Assembly (NCBI GenBank): GCA_013265495.1
Contig: MU057651.1
Coordinates: 2,878,512-2,898,511 of the forward strand
DNA: 20,000 nucleotides
Direction: 5' to 3'
From: Vicugna vicugna
Lineage: Eukaryota
Shown piece after piece: positions 1 to 8,441 of the stretch. Each line of letters opens with the position of its first letter. Positions within the stretch are counted from its first letter, which is position 1. Under the pieces are notes generated by a model. It ran no database searches. It worked only from the letters and a program-made list of their open reading frames with translations, and was not told the DNA's origin. The translations under genes were made by a program, and so were the position numbers.

Positions 1-910
1 CTGCTCTCACGCTAATGCCATACTGTTTTAATTGTTGTAGCTTTGTGATACTGTTTGAAATCAGCGAGCATGATGTTGAGAGCTTAGTTCTTCTTTCTCA
101 AGCTTGTTTTGGCTTTTCAGGGCCTTCGGTGGCTACAGACGAACTGTAGGATGGATTGTTCCATTTCTTTGGAGAACGACACTGGGATTTTGATGGAGAT
201 TGCATTGAATCGTAGATTGCACTGAGCTGCATGCACATTTGAACAGTATCAACTCGTCTAGTCCATGAGCAAGGAATATCTTTCCAGTGATCTGTGTTTT
301 CTTTCATTCATTAATGTCTTGCAGTTTTTAGTATACAAGCCTTTCATTTCCTTGGTTAAATTTATGGCTAGGCATTTTATTTTCCGTAGTGCAATGTTCA
401 GTGGGATTGTTTGCCTAACTTCTCTTTCTGATCGTTTATTATTGGGTTAAAGAAACACCGCAGGTTTTTGCGTACTGATTTTGTAACCTGCAACGTTTTT
501 ACTGAATCCATTTATTAGTTGTAACCGTTTTGGGATGGAGTCTTTAGGGTTTTTGCTATACCGTATTATGTCATCTGCAAATAGAGACCTTTTTGCTTCG
601 TTTCCAATTTGAATGTTCTGTTGTTGTTTTTGTTTGTTTTGCCTAATTGCTCTGACTGTGCTGAATAACAGTGAGGGCAGAGGCGACCTTGTCTTGCTCC
701 TGATCTTAGGGAGAATCCTTTTGGCTTTTCACCACTGAGCATCATGTCAGCTGTAGGCTTACCATAATGGCTTTTGCTACGTGAGGTATGTTCCCTTTAT
801 ACCAACTTTGTTGAGAGTTTTATCATAAATGGGTGTTGAATTCTGTGGAACGCTTCTTCTGTATCTATTGAAACAATTATGTGATTTTTACTATTTATTC
901 TGTTAATGTT
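1..910 (-). mobile_element. LINE-1 ORF2 (reverse transcriptase region) fragment, degraded
   Basis: Minus-strand translations KENTDHWKDIPCSWTRRVDTVQM (98..307) and [30 protein letters not shown] (797..) match L1 ORF2 motifs [23 protein letters not shown] and [24 protein letters not shown]. The frames are broken. Confidence 0.93.
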
Positions 911-919
911 CTTTTTTCT

Positions 920-1105
920 ATTGCAGGATCCAATCCAGGGTCCCACACTGCATTTATTTGCTACATCACGGTAGCCTCTTCCAATGTGATGGTGCCTCCA
1001 TATTATGATAATTTCTTTTTTTTTTGGTGCAGCGTCCCCCAATTCAGGTGTGTCTGGTGTTTTCTGATAACTCAATAAAGGCATTTTTGGCAAGAACACC
1101 ATAGA
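920..1105 (-). mobile_element. Old L1 (L1MC-like) 3' region fragment
   Basis: caggatccaatccagggtcccacactgcattta ... gcatttttggcaagaacacca resembles the L1MC 3'-end consensus (recalled). Confidence 0.7.
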
Positions 1106-1169
1106 CTTCTAGAATTTTTAAGCTGATTGGTTCCTATGTGACATAACATTCTGAGCATTTTTTAAAAAG

Positions 1170-1335
1170 ACATATTAACTTATTTAACATCCGCCAAACC
1201 CTTACCTGAAGTAATGATTTACTCCCATTTTACAGATGAGAAAACTGGTGTGTTGAGTCACGGCCAGAGCTCACACCGTTCGCAGGGACGCCGTTGGGAC
1301 CCGAGCCAACTGAAAGCTGTCAGTTCTATCCTGTC
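1170..1335 (-). mobile_element. MIR SINE fragment
   Basis: Contains the MIR core cccattttacagatgagaaaactg, preceded by tatttaacatcc...aaaccct. Confidence 0.8.
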
Positions 1336-1367
1336 CTTGAAAGTTAATCTCACTGTATGTGTTGCAA

Positions 1368-1384
1368 CTAACGTGGGACTGAGC
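1368..1384 (-). CDS. Putative last coding exon ((C)SVPR*)
   Basis: Strong acceptor ccccgtctttcgtccccacttttcacggtcccag. Phase-1 entry matches the previous exon. TAG at 1370-1368. Confidence 0.3.
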
Positions 1385-1555
1385 CTGGGACCGTGAAAAG
1401 TGGGGACGAAAGACGGGGCTATTCAACACTCCACCCTTTGCCCAGCAATTAATGGCTTGATTTTCCCTTACGTGCAAGAGACATTTGCATGGCAAACCAG
1501 TTAACATTCTGTTAAATATTGACCTAAACCCCAACAGGGCGTGTAGCTCACTTAC

Positions 1556-1760
1556 AAAATCCCTTGAACAAGGAGTTTTTTCCACGTAGGCCTGTTGGGT
1601 TGCAAGGGGGGGTGGATACACATTCCAGGCATGTCGGTGGCACGGGCCAGAGAGTACCTGGCATGGCCATCAATGCATCAGAGATGCTTGGAGCAATGGA
1701 ACAGGTGTTCTTCGGTGGTTGGGCCCAGGCCCCGTATTGTTTGACATCTTGATCAACGAC
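1556..1760 (-). CDS. Putative internal exon, 205 nt, phase 0 to 1 (VVDQDVKQYGAWAQPPKNTC...KNSLFKGF)
   Basis: Acceptor tgctttccatcccgtctcacccag and donor TTT|gtaagt. Open frame lies within ORF 1548..1895. Confidence 0.5.
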
Positions 1761-2107
1761 CTGGGTGAGACGGGATGGAAAGCATGCTTTGTACGTGTGC
1801 AGGGGACACAGAGCTCGGGGGACAGGCAGGGCCCCGGAGTAGAGAGTCATCATTTCAGCGAGGACCTTGGCCTGCCTGCACCGATGAGATGCCACGGGTG
1901 GAGAAGAGTCTTAGAGAAGGAAGGAATTATCAAGCAGGTGGTAAATAAAAGCTGGTCAGCTGACAGGGGCAGAGGTCAGAGCAGAGCAAAGATGGGCACC
2001 CGCGGGATGATGGCGGGGTGATGGCATGAGGTGTGGGCGACCTCACAGAGACAACGTGCCTCCAACAGAGTCCAGGGAGGGAGGAGGAAAGCTTGAGCTG
2101 TCTCTCT

Positions 2108-2516
2108 TGTGAGGGATGCCCACGCCGTAGCTGGCAGGTGCTGAATCCGGGGCACTCCCGGGTACAAAAGCCTTTCCATGCCCCACCTCCCATTGTTTTG
2201 TTTGTGGGAAACAGGCTTCCTTCAGCTTCCTGGACCGTCCCTGAGTTCCAAAGGGCAGATCCAAAGAGCTGCTAATCAGGGGAGTGAGAGAATGCAGAGA
2301 CACGGGAGGAACAGTCCAAAAAAAAGGTTAACTACGCGATGGCCATGAGCACGTAGGTCGCCCTCGGACCTCCAGGGACGCGGGGGTTGGTGGTGACCCC
2401 GCCCCATCACCTCACCACCAGCCAATCAGAGAACTGCACAAGGGGGTCACTTACGCTGTGATGTTCCCCCATCCCCTGAGCTTTATAAATGCTTCCTTAA
2501 AACCCATTAGGGATTT
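2108..2516 (+). mobile_element. ERV1-class LTR (MER41-like ungulate family), 5' part
   Basis: ggcactcccgggtacaaaagccttt, ccctgagttccaaagggcagat...ctaatcaggggag, CCAAT box (ccagccaatcagag) and TATA-like ctttataaatgc resemble this LTR family (recalled). The 5' boundary is approximate. Confidence 0.75.
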
Positions 2517-2874
2517 TTTTGTTTGTTTGGTTTTTTTTTCTTTGCTTCCTTTTAATGTAAACAGAATACACAAACACATTCAAAACCCCAACATGACGCA
2601 AGAGAAGACACACAGATTTATATACAGGTAATTACAGACCTTTGCAAATCCAGGAAAAAAAAAATGGCACCTCTGGTCAAAGGAACCATCTCCTCCTGCT
2701 CCAACCTTGTCCCAAACCGAAGTGCTAAGGCGGCTGCAGGAGCCTTTGCAATTGCTTCTGGATGAAACTTAGCAGAAGGCTGGAATGACATCAAACACCA
2801 CCCCCCAAAGCAAAACCAAGGTTCTGACTTTCTGGCCCTGGCTCTCACCCGAAGACCTCCCCCTTGGCAAGCTG
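2517..2874 (-). pseudogene. Processed retrocopy fragment (3'-UTR-like, ATTAAA plus poly(A) tail) inserted in the LTR
   Basis: On the minus strand, ATTAAA (2556-2551) is followed by an A-rich tail (2543-2514). The insert is flanked by acccattagggattt (2502-2516) and acccgccagggattt (2875-2889), a 15-bp TSD with 3 transitions. Confidence 0.75.
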
Positions 2875-3065
2875 ACCCGCCAGGGATTTGCGAGTCTCAG
2901 GAAGAGTCAAGGGTTTGGAGCACCCGGCTGCCCTGCACGCCTTGCCTGGTGCCTGATAAGCCCTGCACCTTCCTCCACCTGCGGTCACAGACCGCAGACA
3001 ACCTGGTGTCAGTGGACTGGCTTGACTGTGCATGGGTGAGCGGACCCAAGTTCGCTTCCATAACA
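2875..3065 (+). mobile_element. ERV1-class LTR, 3' part (R/U5)
   Basis: acaacctggtgtcagtggactggcttgactg...gggtgagcggacccaagttcgcttccataaca ends in the canonical ...CA and continues the LTR interrupted at 2516. Confidence 0.75.
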
Positions 3066-3225
3066 ATACGGTGGAACATAAACACCAGGAGCAGGCAAAA
3101 TAATACATCAATGAATTCTTAAAGGGCACAGAAAGTAAATGTCAATATAGATTTTAAAAAAAAGTGAATTATCAACATAGCCCGTGCAGAACGCAATGTA
3201 AGTCCAGCAGACAGAGCTCTAAATA

Positions 3226-3360
3226 GGGGGAGTGGATGGCTCAGGGGTAGAACATGTGCTCAGCATGCACGAGGTTCTGGGTTCCATCCCCAGCACCTCC
3301 ATTAAAAAAATTAAAAAAAAAAATTCTAATTACCTCCCCCCACAAGAAGGAAAAAAAAAA
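3226..3360 (+). mobile_element. tRNA-derived camelid SINE (Vic-1 type)
   Basis: ggggg-agtggatggctcaggggtagaacatgtgctcagcatgcacgaggttctgggttccatcccc has A/B-box-like motifs, followed by an A-run, ctaattacctcccc and an A tail. Same layout as the copies at 11041 and 13952. Confidence 0.9.
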
Positions 3361-3400
3361 GGACACCAAAGTCTTGTCCATGCCATGAGGCAATCTTTAC

Positions 3401-3437
3401 ACCATATTCATCGTCTGTCCTTTGAATGTCAAACAAA
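3401..3437 (-). CDS. Putative 37-nt exon, phase 2 to 0 (LFDIQRTDDEYG)
   Basis: Strong acceptor tatttatttttgttttccag and donor GGT|gtaaag. Confidence 0.4.
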
Positions 3438-3506
3438 CTGGAAAACAAAAAATAAATATCAATATATTTATAGAAATAAGGTGTGTATACAGTGGGGATG
3501 TCTTTC

Positions 3507-3583
3507 CTGTAGTTTTTTGTTTTGCTGTAAGTCCCATCGCATGAAGTTCCCCCTTCCAAAGTCCTTCTTCGCCGATGGTTAGA
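3507..3583 (-). CDS. Putative 77-nt exon, phase 0 to 2 (SNHRRRRTLEGGTSCDGTYSKTKNY)
   Basis: Acceptor gatgtgctttcag. The donor reads CAG|gaaaga, one change from gtaaga. Confidence 0.4.
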
Positions 3584-3728
3584 CTGAAAGCACATCTCAG
3601 CCTACGAATGAGGTGGCAGAAAACGTGAAAACTAACTAACAAACTGGATTTGAGTAGCTTGAGAGCAGAAACGTTTTAACCCAGAACCCGGTGGGGAATT
3701 ATCACGGCGGAACGGCCGATTTCCTTAC

Positions 3729-3860
3729 CGTAATGGTTGATAAAGTCAGGAATGATGCTCCCTCACCTTCCCCATAAAGACTTGAAATTAAGATCAATTC
3801 TGATCTTTCTGGAGAGGCATGAAAGGGGCCTTCCGTGGCAGGAAGATTATATCTGAAGAT
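3729..3860 (-). CDS. Putative 132-nt exon, phase 0 to 0 (IFRYNLPATEGPFHASPERSELILISSLYGEGEGASFLTLSTIT)
   Basis: Donor ACG|gtaagg and acceptor gaccttcag (weak tract). Only one of the three frames is open. Confidence 0.5.
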
Positions 3861-3944
3861 CTGAAGGTCTCTGTGTGTTATTTGTCGGTCCTCTGAGTGT
3901 GTCACGTTGACCCGTGTGAACTCGTAGAGAGGATGACCCACGAG

Positions 3945-4070
3945 TAAAACAATGATTCTATGTATGTTCACGTATCGCTGAAAAATCGTGCTCTACACTG
4001 GAAATTGACACCCCATTGTAAACTGACTGTAACTCAATAAAATAAAGTTAAAAAAACAACAAAAACAAAA
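3945..4070 (+). mobile_element. L1 extreme 3' end with A-rich tail (camelid-like)
   Basis: gaaaaatcgtgctctacactggaaattgacaccccattgtaaactgactgtaactcaataaaa followed by an A/C tail. Confidence 0.85.
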
Positions 4071-4331
4071 TCCAAATAGTCCTTAGCCATCTGGGCCAGC
4101 GGAAAATGGAAATATTTCCCCAGATTCAGACAAAATAGACAGATCAGGATCTGAGAGTCCCTTCTGGATGCTGGATGTTGCTGGAGGGGGAGAGGCGGAG
4201 TGTGGGCAGCAGCTGGGGAGCAGGGCATCCACGGTGTTGGAAGGTCTGCAGAAGCCGCCTGTGCTCGGGGACCTGCCGTCTGACAGGTGTTGATGGTGTG
4301 CAAGCTGCTTGCCGTCCTCTGCGACACTCAC

Positions 4332-4486
4332 CTGGGATCGGATGGGGACGGGGACCATCCCAGGGGAGGCAAGGCTCAATCGAGGGGCGGGGCTCCAACC
4401 AGGGGTTCAAGCAGCTCCCCCTGAGGCGATCGGAGCCCACGGTTCTCCCTCATCTGCTGCACGTGTCAAGTTCACTCCCGAAGATT
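4332..4486 (-). CDS. Putative 155-nt exon, phase 1 to 0, containing an in-frame TGA at 4409-4407
   Basis: Consensus donor CAG|gtgagt and acceptor tttccgcgtttccatctaaaaag. Phases fit both neighbouring exons. Confidence 0.4.
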
Positions 4487-5181
4487 CTTTTTAGATGGAA
4501 ACGCGGAAAGGTGCAACTGTCCTTAGGTTGACAAAGGAGCCTTCCATCACGGTGCCCCTCCCTCACTCAGGTTTGCCATTCCCTATTCCTGAACCCCTGA
4601 GTTGAAAATAATGCAAGCATCGGTCTAGCAACAAGATTTCCCCCTTCATCCTTACTCATTCCTTGGGCATCGCTTCTCACTGCAGATTAAGCAGTTGCAC
4701 AGTGAGGTTGTTACCAAAGGCGTCTTACGCTTGCCTGTTCTTTTCAGATACACGGTCTTAAGGAAATGTGTGTCACTTGCAGTCATCTCGCTGTGAAAGC
4801 ATCCACTGTGAATCTCTGAAGGCAGTTTTTATTTGACATACATACTTGTGAACAGGCACATGTCATACACTGTCTCTCTCTTCCTTTTGGGGAAGGGACT
4901 TGGAGGAGATAAGAGGGCAGGGGACCCCTGGCTCCGCTGGTCTGAGACATGGCGATTAAACTCCATTCCTCTCATGCATGTGCAATGCAGCCACACGTCC
5001 AAAGAAAGGACGGGCAGATTTGATTGGATGGAAGTGGTTATTAATTAACCAGTTGCTTTCCCTGGATGATAAGAGGAAAAAGAGAGAAACATTCCCTGAA
5101 GTGCATCCTTCCTCGTGTGCCTGGGACCATAAACGTGGACCCTGAAACTCCACCGGCTAAGCCCTTAAGCCAGAGACTCAC

Positions 5182-5509
5182 GTTGAGACCCCGCAGAACA
5201 GGGAGCACACAGCACCCCGAGTGTCTCTTTCCGGACCCATCCGATGTTCTCATGACACCCAATATGGTCCATCCAGGGGCAGGGCTGTTCATGTTTCACC
5301 CTAGCTACGATAACACCTTCCAAATGAGGGGAAGCCAGCAGGTTGTGCAGGTGTTGAGTTTCAATCCACGAGGAAGAGCATATGGGATCCCCGGTGTTGG
5401 GTTCGCCCGGGCATCCTTCCCCTTCCGGAAACTCGGGATGTTCAGGGACCTGGATAGTAATTCCTTCTTCCAGGAGCAAATCTATCCCCAGGACGGGGCA
5501 GCCCCTCTT
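5182..5509 (-). CDS. Putative 328-nt exon, phase 0 to 1 (KRGCPVLGIDLLLEEGITIQVPEHPEF...LCAPCSAGSQ)
   Basis: Acceptor cattctgcacgtgttccccag and donor AAC|gtgagt. 109 open codons within ORF 5165..5584. The other two minus frames have stops. Confidence 0.55.
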
Positions 5510-6159
5510 CTGGGGAACACGTGCAGAATGTAAGCTAAGTCGCATCTCCTGCAGTTTGGTGTTTAAACCTTGCTGGCCGTGCACGGTGGAAATGGGATTT
5601 AAGGCAACCGATCCGTGAAGGAACCGGGCTGCAGTTGCCTGTGAATTGTGAGCAGGGAAACAGAACCCAAGGGCAGGTGCTCTGTCGGCCGGACAGAGGC
5701 GCTGGCTTTGAAGTTTGCATTCTCCGGATTTGACGCGCAGCTTGCGGTGATCAGAGACAGAAACCAGGGCACCATCACCTAAACTTCTGAAGCTCCCTCC
5801 CTGCCCCCGAGTCCGTGAAATGGAAATAAATGCTAATGAACACCTGATACAGCTGTTAGGGAGCAGGGAATTCTTGCAGACTGCGACTTGTCAAACTGCT
5901 CTCAGGAACTCAGTGCCTGACGAGCTGGGGCCTTCCTTGTGCGCGATGCAGCTGACCACTGAGGCTGAGGTGGGCCTAAGCGGAACACGTGGAGGGAAGT
6001 GTCCCCCAGGGGAGGACCTGCCACAGTGCCCGTGGTCTCTGTGCAGGCCAGAGCTCCCGTGGATGCACGTGGTCATTTCAGGCTCCTTCCTGCTCGAGAT
6101 CTTGGATCAGTTTGGAAACCAGCTCGAGAAAGCTTGGTGTCCAAACCCCACCCCGTGTG

Positions 6160-6240
6160 CTAACATTTTACAGCTTCTGTAGCTCCGGTCCCCAAAAGGG
6201 GGAACCGACTTGCCCAAGGTCATACTGCAAATTAGCACCA
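6160..6240 (-). mobile_element. MIR fragment
   Basis: cattttacag...gacttgcccaaggtcatac matches the MIR core. Confidence 0.6.
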
Positions 6241-6708
6241 ACCTTAATCAGAAATAGCACGGTGAATAGGATGGGGCTCGTGTGAGGTGTCCCCGATGGC
6301 TGATAGCAAAGCCCACACGTAATGGTGAGTCCACATGTTTACAGAAGCCACTGGAAGGAACGGACACGCCACGTGTGCAAGACGCCAGAACCTGCTCCCC
6401 TCCGCACAGAGAGCGTTGATGCAAACGGCCTGCACTTCGGAGAGCCTGGGGAAGAGCGAGTCACAGGTCAGATTGGGGCAGGTTTCTCCAGCCCTGTGTG
6501 GAGGCGGCGGCGCCCTGAGCAGCGGGCTCGGGGTTCCAGGAGGAGGGGTGGCCCGAGGCCAGGGCAGCTCCACGGCCTTTGCTCGCAGAACCATCAGCCG
6601 CCTCTGCTTCCATTTTTCTGGTGAAGGTTTGTTGTCTGTGTAGACTTTCCAACGGGAGCAAAGATGCCTCACTGTTTCAGGAATCATTTCTTTGAATGTC
6701 GGGCTCAC

Positions 6709-6765
6709 GTACACATGGCCCCTTGAAGACCTCGAGCTGAGATGACCCCACAACGGCCAAGGGAC
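6709..6765 (-). CDS. Putative 57-nt symmetric exon (VPWPLWGHLSSRSSRGHVY)
   Basis: Acceptor gtggcctccccag and donor TAC|gtgagc. All three frames are open, so the frame was chosen by chain compatibility. Confidence 0.35.
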
Positions 6766-6880
6766 CTGGGGAGGCCACACTCAGCTGCCCATCCGCCGCG
6801 TCCATCGGAACCACGGTGCCACCCGATTGCAGTCTGGTGCTCTTTGCGCTACCAGGGGGTGCCAGAGGTGGCATCCTCAC

Positions 6881-6925
6881 CCCCCACTGCCCTCGGGGCG
6901 GCGCCCACCCCGCATGAGCCCGCAT
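6881..6925 (-). CDS. Putative first coding exon (MRAHAGWAPPRGQWG)
   Basis: ATG at 6925 (weak Kozak context), phase-0 donor GGG|gtgagg, CpG-rich surroundings. Confidence 0.22.
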
Positions 6926-7126
6926 GGGGCCGCTTCAAGCCGAAGATGCTCTCCGGTCCCTCTCAGTGCTAATCCCACGAGATGAAGCCCAGTTGCTACC
7001 CCGACTTCCCTGCAGTACATGCCAGCCTCTCTGACATGCCTGAGTGGCCCGGACACGTGTGCCTGCTGGGTTTGTTTTTTTTTTTTACAATTGCAATCTG
7101 AGGCCCAAGAAAATTTAAAAAAAAAA

Positions 7127-7294
7127 GGAAGGAGGAGGGGGGGGGAGGGGGGANNNNNNNNNNNNNNNNNNNNNNNNNNNNNNNNNNNNNNNNNNNNNNN
7201 NNNNNNNNNNGAGTAGGAGGACCAAGGAAGGAGGGGGAGGGAGGAGGAGTGAGGGAGGAGGAGGGGGAGGAGGGGGAGGAGGAGGAGGAAGGAA
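7127..7294 (+). repeat. GGA/GGGGGA purine-rich low-complexity tract spanning an assembly gap
   Basis: ggaaggaggagggggggggaggggggga...gaggaggagggggaggaggaggaggaagg seen directly. Confidence 0.9.
7154..7210. other. Assembly gap (57 N)
   Basis: Run of N. Confidence 1.
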
Positions 7295-7974
7295 TTTAGA
7301 AACGGCCTCTGCCTGTGGCAGACCCGCACCATGAACTGCGTGCTCATTGGCACCCTACTGAGCGCTCAGGTCGTTACCGGGCAGCGCTCCACAGCCGACT
7401 GGGTGGCACGGACCCCAGAGGAGGTGTCTCTCCCTCCCAGGAGCAGCACGTGGGAAAACTTCGGAGTGTCTTCCACCCGCACTGGGTTAAGCAGGCATTT
7501 TCGGTCCCAGCCTGGAACGGGCGGCCTGGAAGCGTCTCCCATCCAAGTTTCCACGCGTCACCTGTTCGGCAGGTTTCACTCAGGTGGGGAAGTGGGGCCA
7601 AGACAGCCTTTATCCATCAGCTCCAGCAGTTTCAGTTGACCTGTGTTCGTTTAGAGATTGCCACCTCGGGCCAACATCCAGGATTTCCTAATCGAATTAG
7701 AACTGGGTGTACAAGCTTTCCCCAAAGTATCAGATTTATTAAAAAAACAAAAAAAGCAAATGGTATTTGATCCACAAAGAGGAGCCTTCATTCTACCGCA
7801 AAGGGTAGAGCCATTAAAAAAGTAAGAAAATGCACAAAGGGAGAAGGAGGTAGGGAGGGGTCCAGCAACGTAGTATTTGGCTGTAGGTTTTGCTGTTGGT
7901 TGAGATGAATGTCTTCATCTTGAGGAGTTGCCCCTTCAAGTTCCTCATTTATATTAGCTTCCAGATTATTAACT

Positions 7975-8045
7975 CTGTTTATTAATGACCAACCACGTTG
8001 ACTGAGTGCCTGCTATGTTCCAGAAACCCCAGGGGACACCAGGCT
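7975..8045 (-). mobile_element. L2 3'-end fragment
   Basis: caaccacgttgactgagtgcctgctatgttccag...ggggacac resembles L2 caaacatttattgagcacctactatgtgccagg...ggggatac. Confidence 0.55.
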
Positions 8046-8229
8046 ACATCATCCAGGACAGAACACCCATCACATTTACCGCATAAATTCTTTGTTTCAC
8101 TCTACAACATGCCTTTTTTTTAAATTTTATTTTAATTTTTATTGTGTGGCAGGCATGCTGCCCAGGGCCCAGTTCTTAAATACACAGCTTTTGCAAATGT
8201 GCACAGAGATGTTATCTGACTCTGGGCTA

Positions 8230-8441
8230 AGATCTGGAACAGATACACTCCGAGAATTCTGGAAGCCTCTCCCCGTTCCCTCCCTAGCAATATACCAGGG
8301 GACACGCCCTGTATTCTGTGCATGTGGCTTCTTTTTGCTGCGAGATTCAACCATGGAGTTGTGTGTGCCCTTCGTTTATTCTTTGTTCTGCTCTGTGGTT
8401 TCTGTTCTATGAATACGTCACAATTTATTTACCTAGTCTAC
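8230..8441 (-). mobile_element. Old L1 (L1ME/MB-like) fragment, left part
   Basis: tggcttctttttgctgcgagattcaaccatg...tatgaatacgtcacaatttattt resembles the L1 3' region and resumes after 9270. Confidence 0.55.

Larger units (their letters stand above)
1368..6925 (-). pseudogene. Candidate multi-exon gene or unitary pseudogene of unknown family (~350 aa model, one in-frame TGA)
   Basis: Phase-compatible exon chain: 6925-6881, 6765-6709, 5509-5182, 4486-4332, 3860-3729, 3583-3507, 3437-3401, 1760-1556, 1384-1368 (1053 nt, 351 codons). Seven GT donors including gtgagt twice, gtaagt and gtaagg. AG acceptors mostly have pyrimidine tracts. All exons fall outside recognised repeats. No homolog recognised. 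Confidence 0.5.

Noticed and set aside
2849..2978. Apparent minus-strand exon (ccgcag ... CGG|gtgaga)
   Set aside because: Straddles the LTR 3' part and the retrocopy junction. It has a TGA in the chain-compatible frame and breaks phase with downstream exons.
3226..3300. tRNA gene (also at 11041 and 14072)
   Set aside because: Diverged A/B boxes, SINE-specific tail, poly(A) and, for two copies, TSDs show these are SINEs.
3401..3560. Superficial likeness of GTSCDGTY...LFDIQRTDDEYG to the start of the MMP21 hemopexin region ([22 protein letters not shown], recalled)
   Set aside because: No HExxHxxGxxH, cysteine switch or further hemopexin repeats in the neighbouring exons. Too short to be meaningful.
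4407..4409. TGA as a selenocysteine or readthrough codon
   Set aside because: No SECIS-like hairpin noticed downstream of the model's stop, where the sequence is MIR and L1. No redox motif context and no CUAG readthrough context.
4730..4821. Strong plus-strand acceptor cttgcctgttcttttcag at 4747
   Set aside because: All three frames hit stops within about 75 nt, and no partner exons or convincing GT donor were found.
5066..5533. 155-aa plus-strand ORF
   Set aside because: Antisense to the better-supported minus exon 5509-5182, with no recognisable domain. Probably a shadow ORF.
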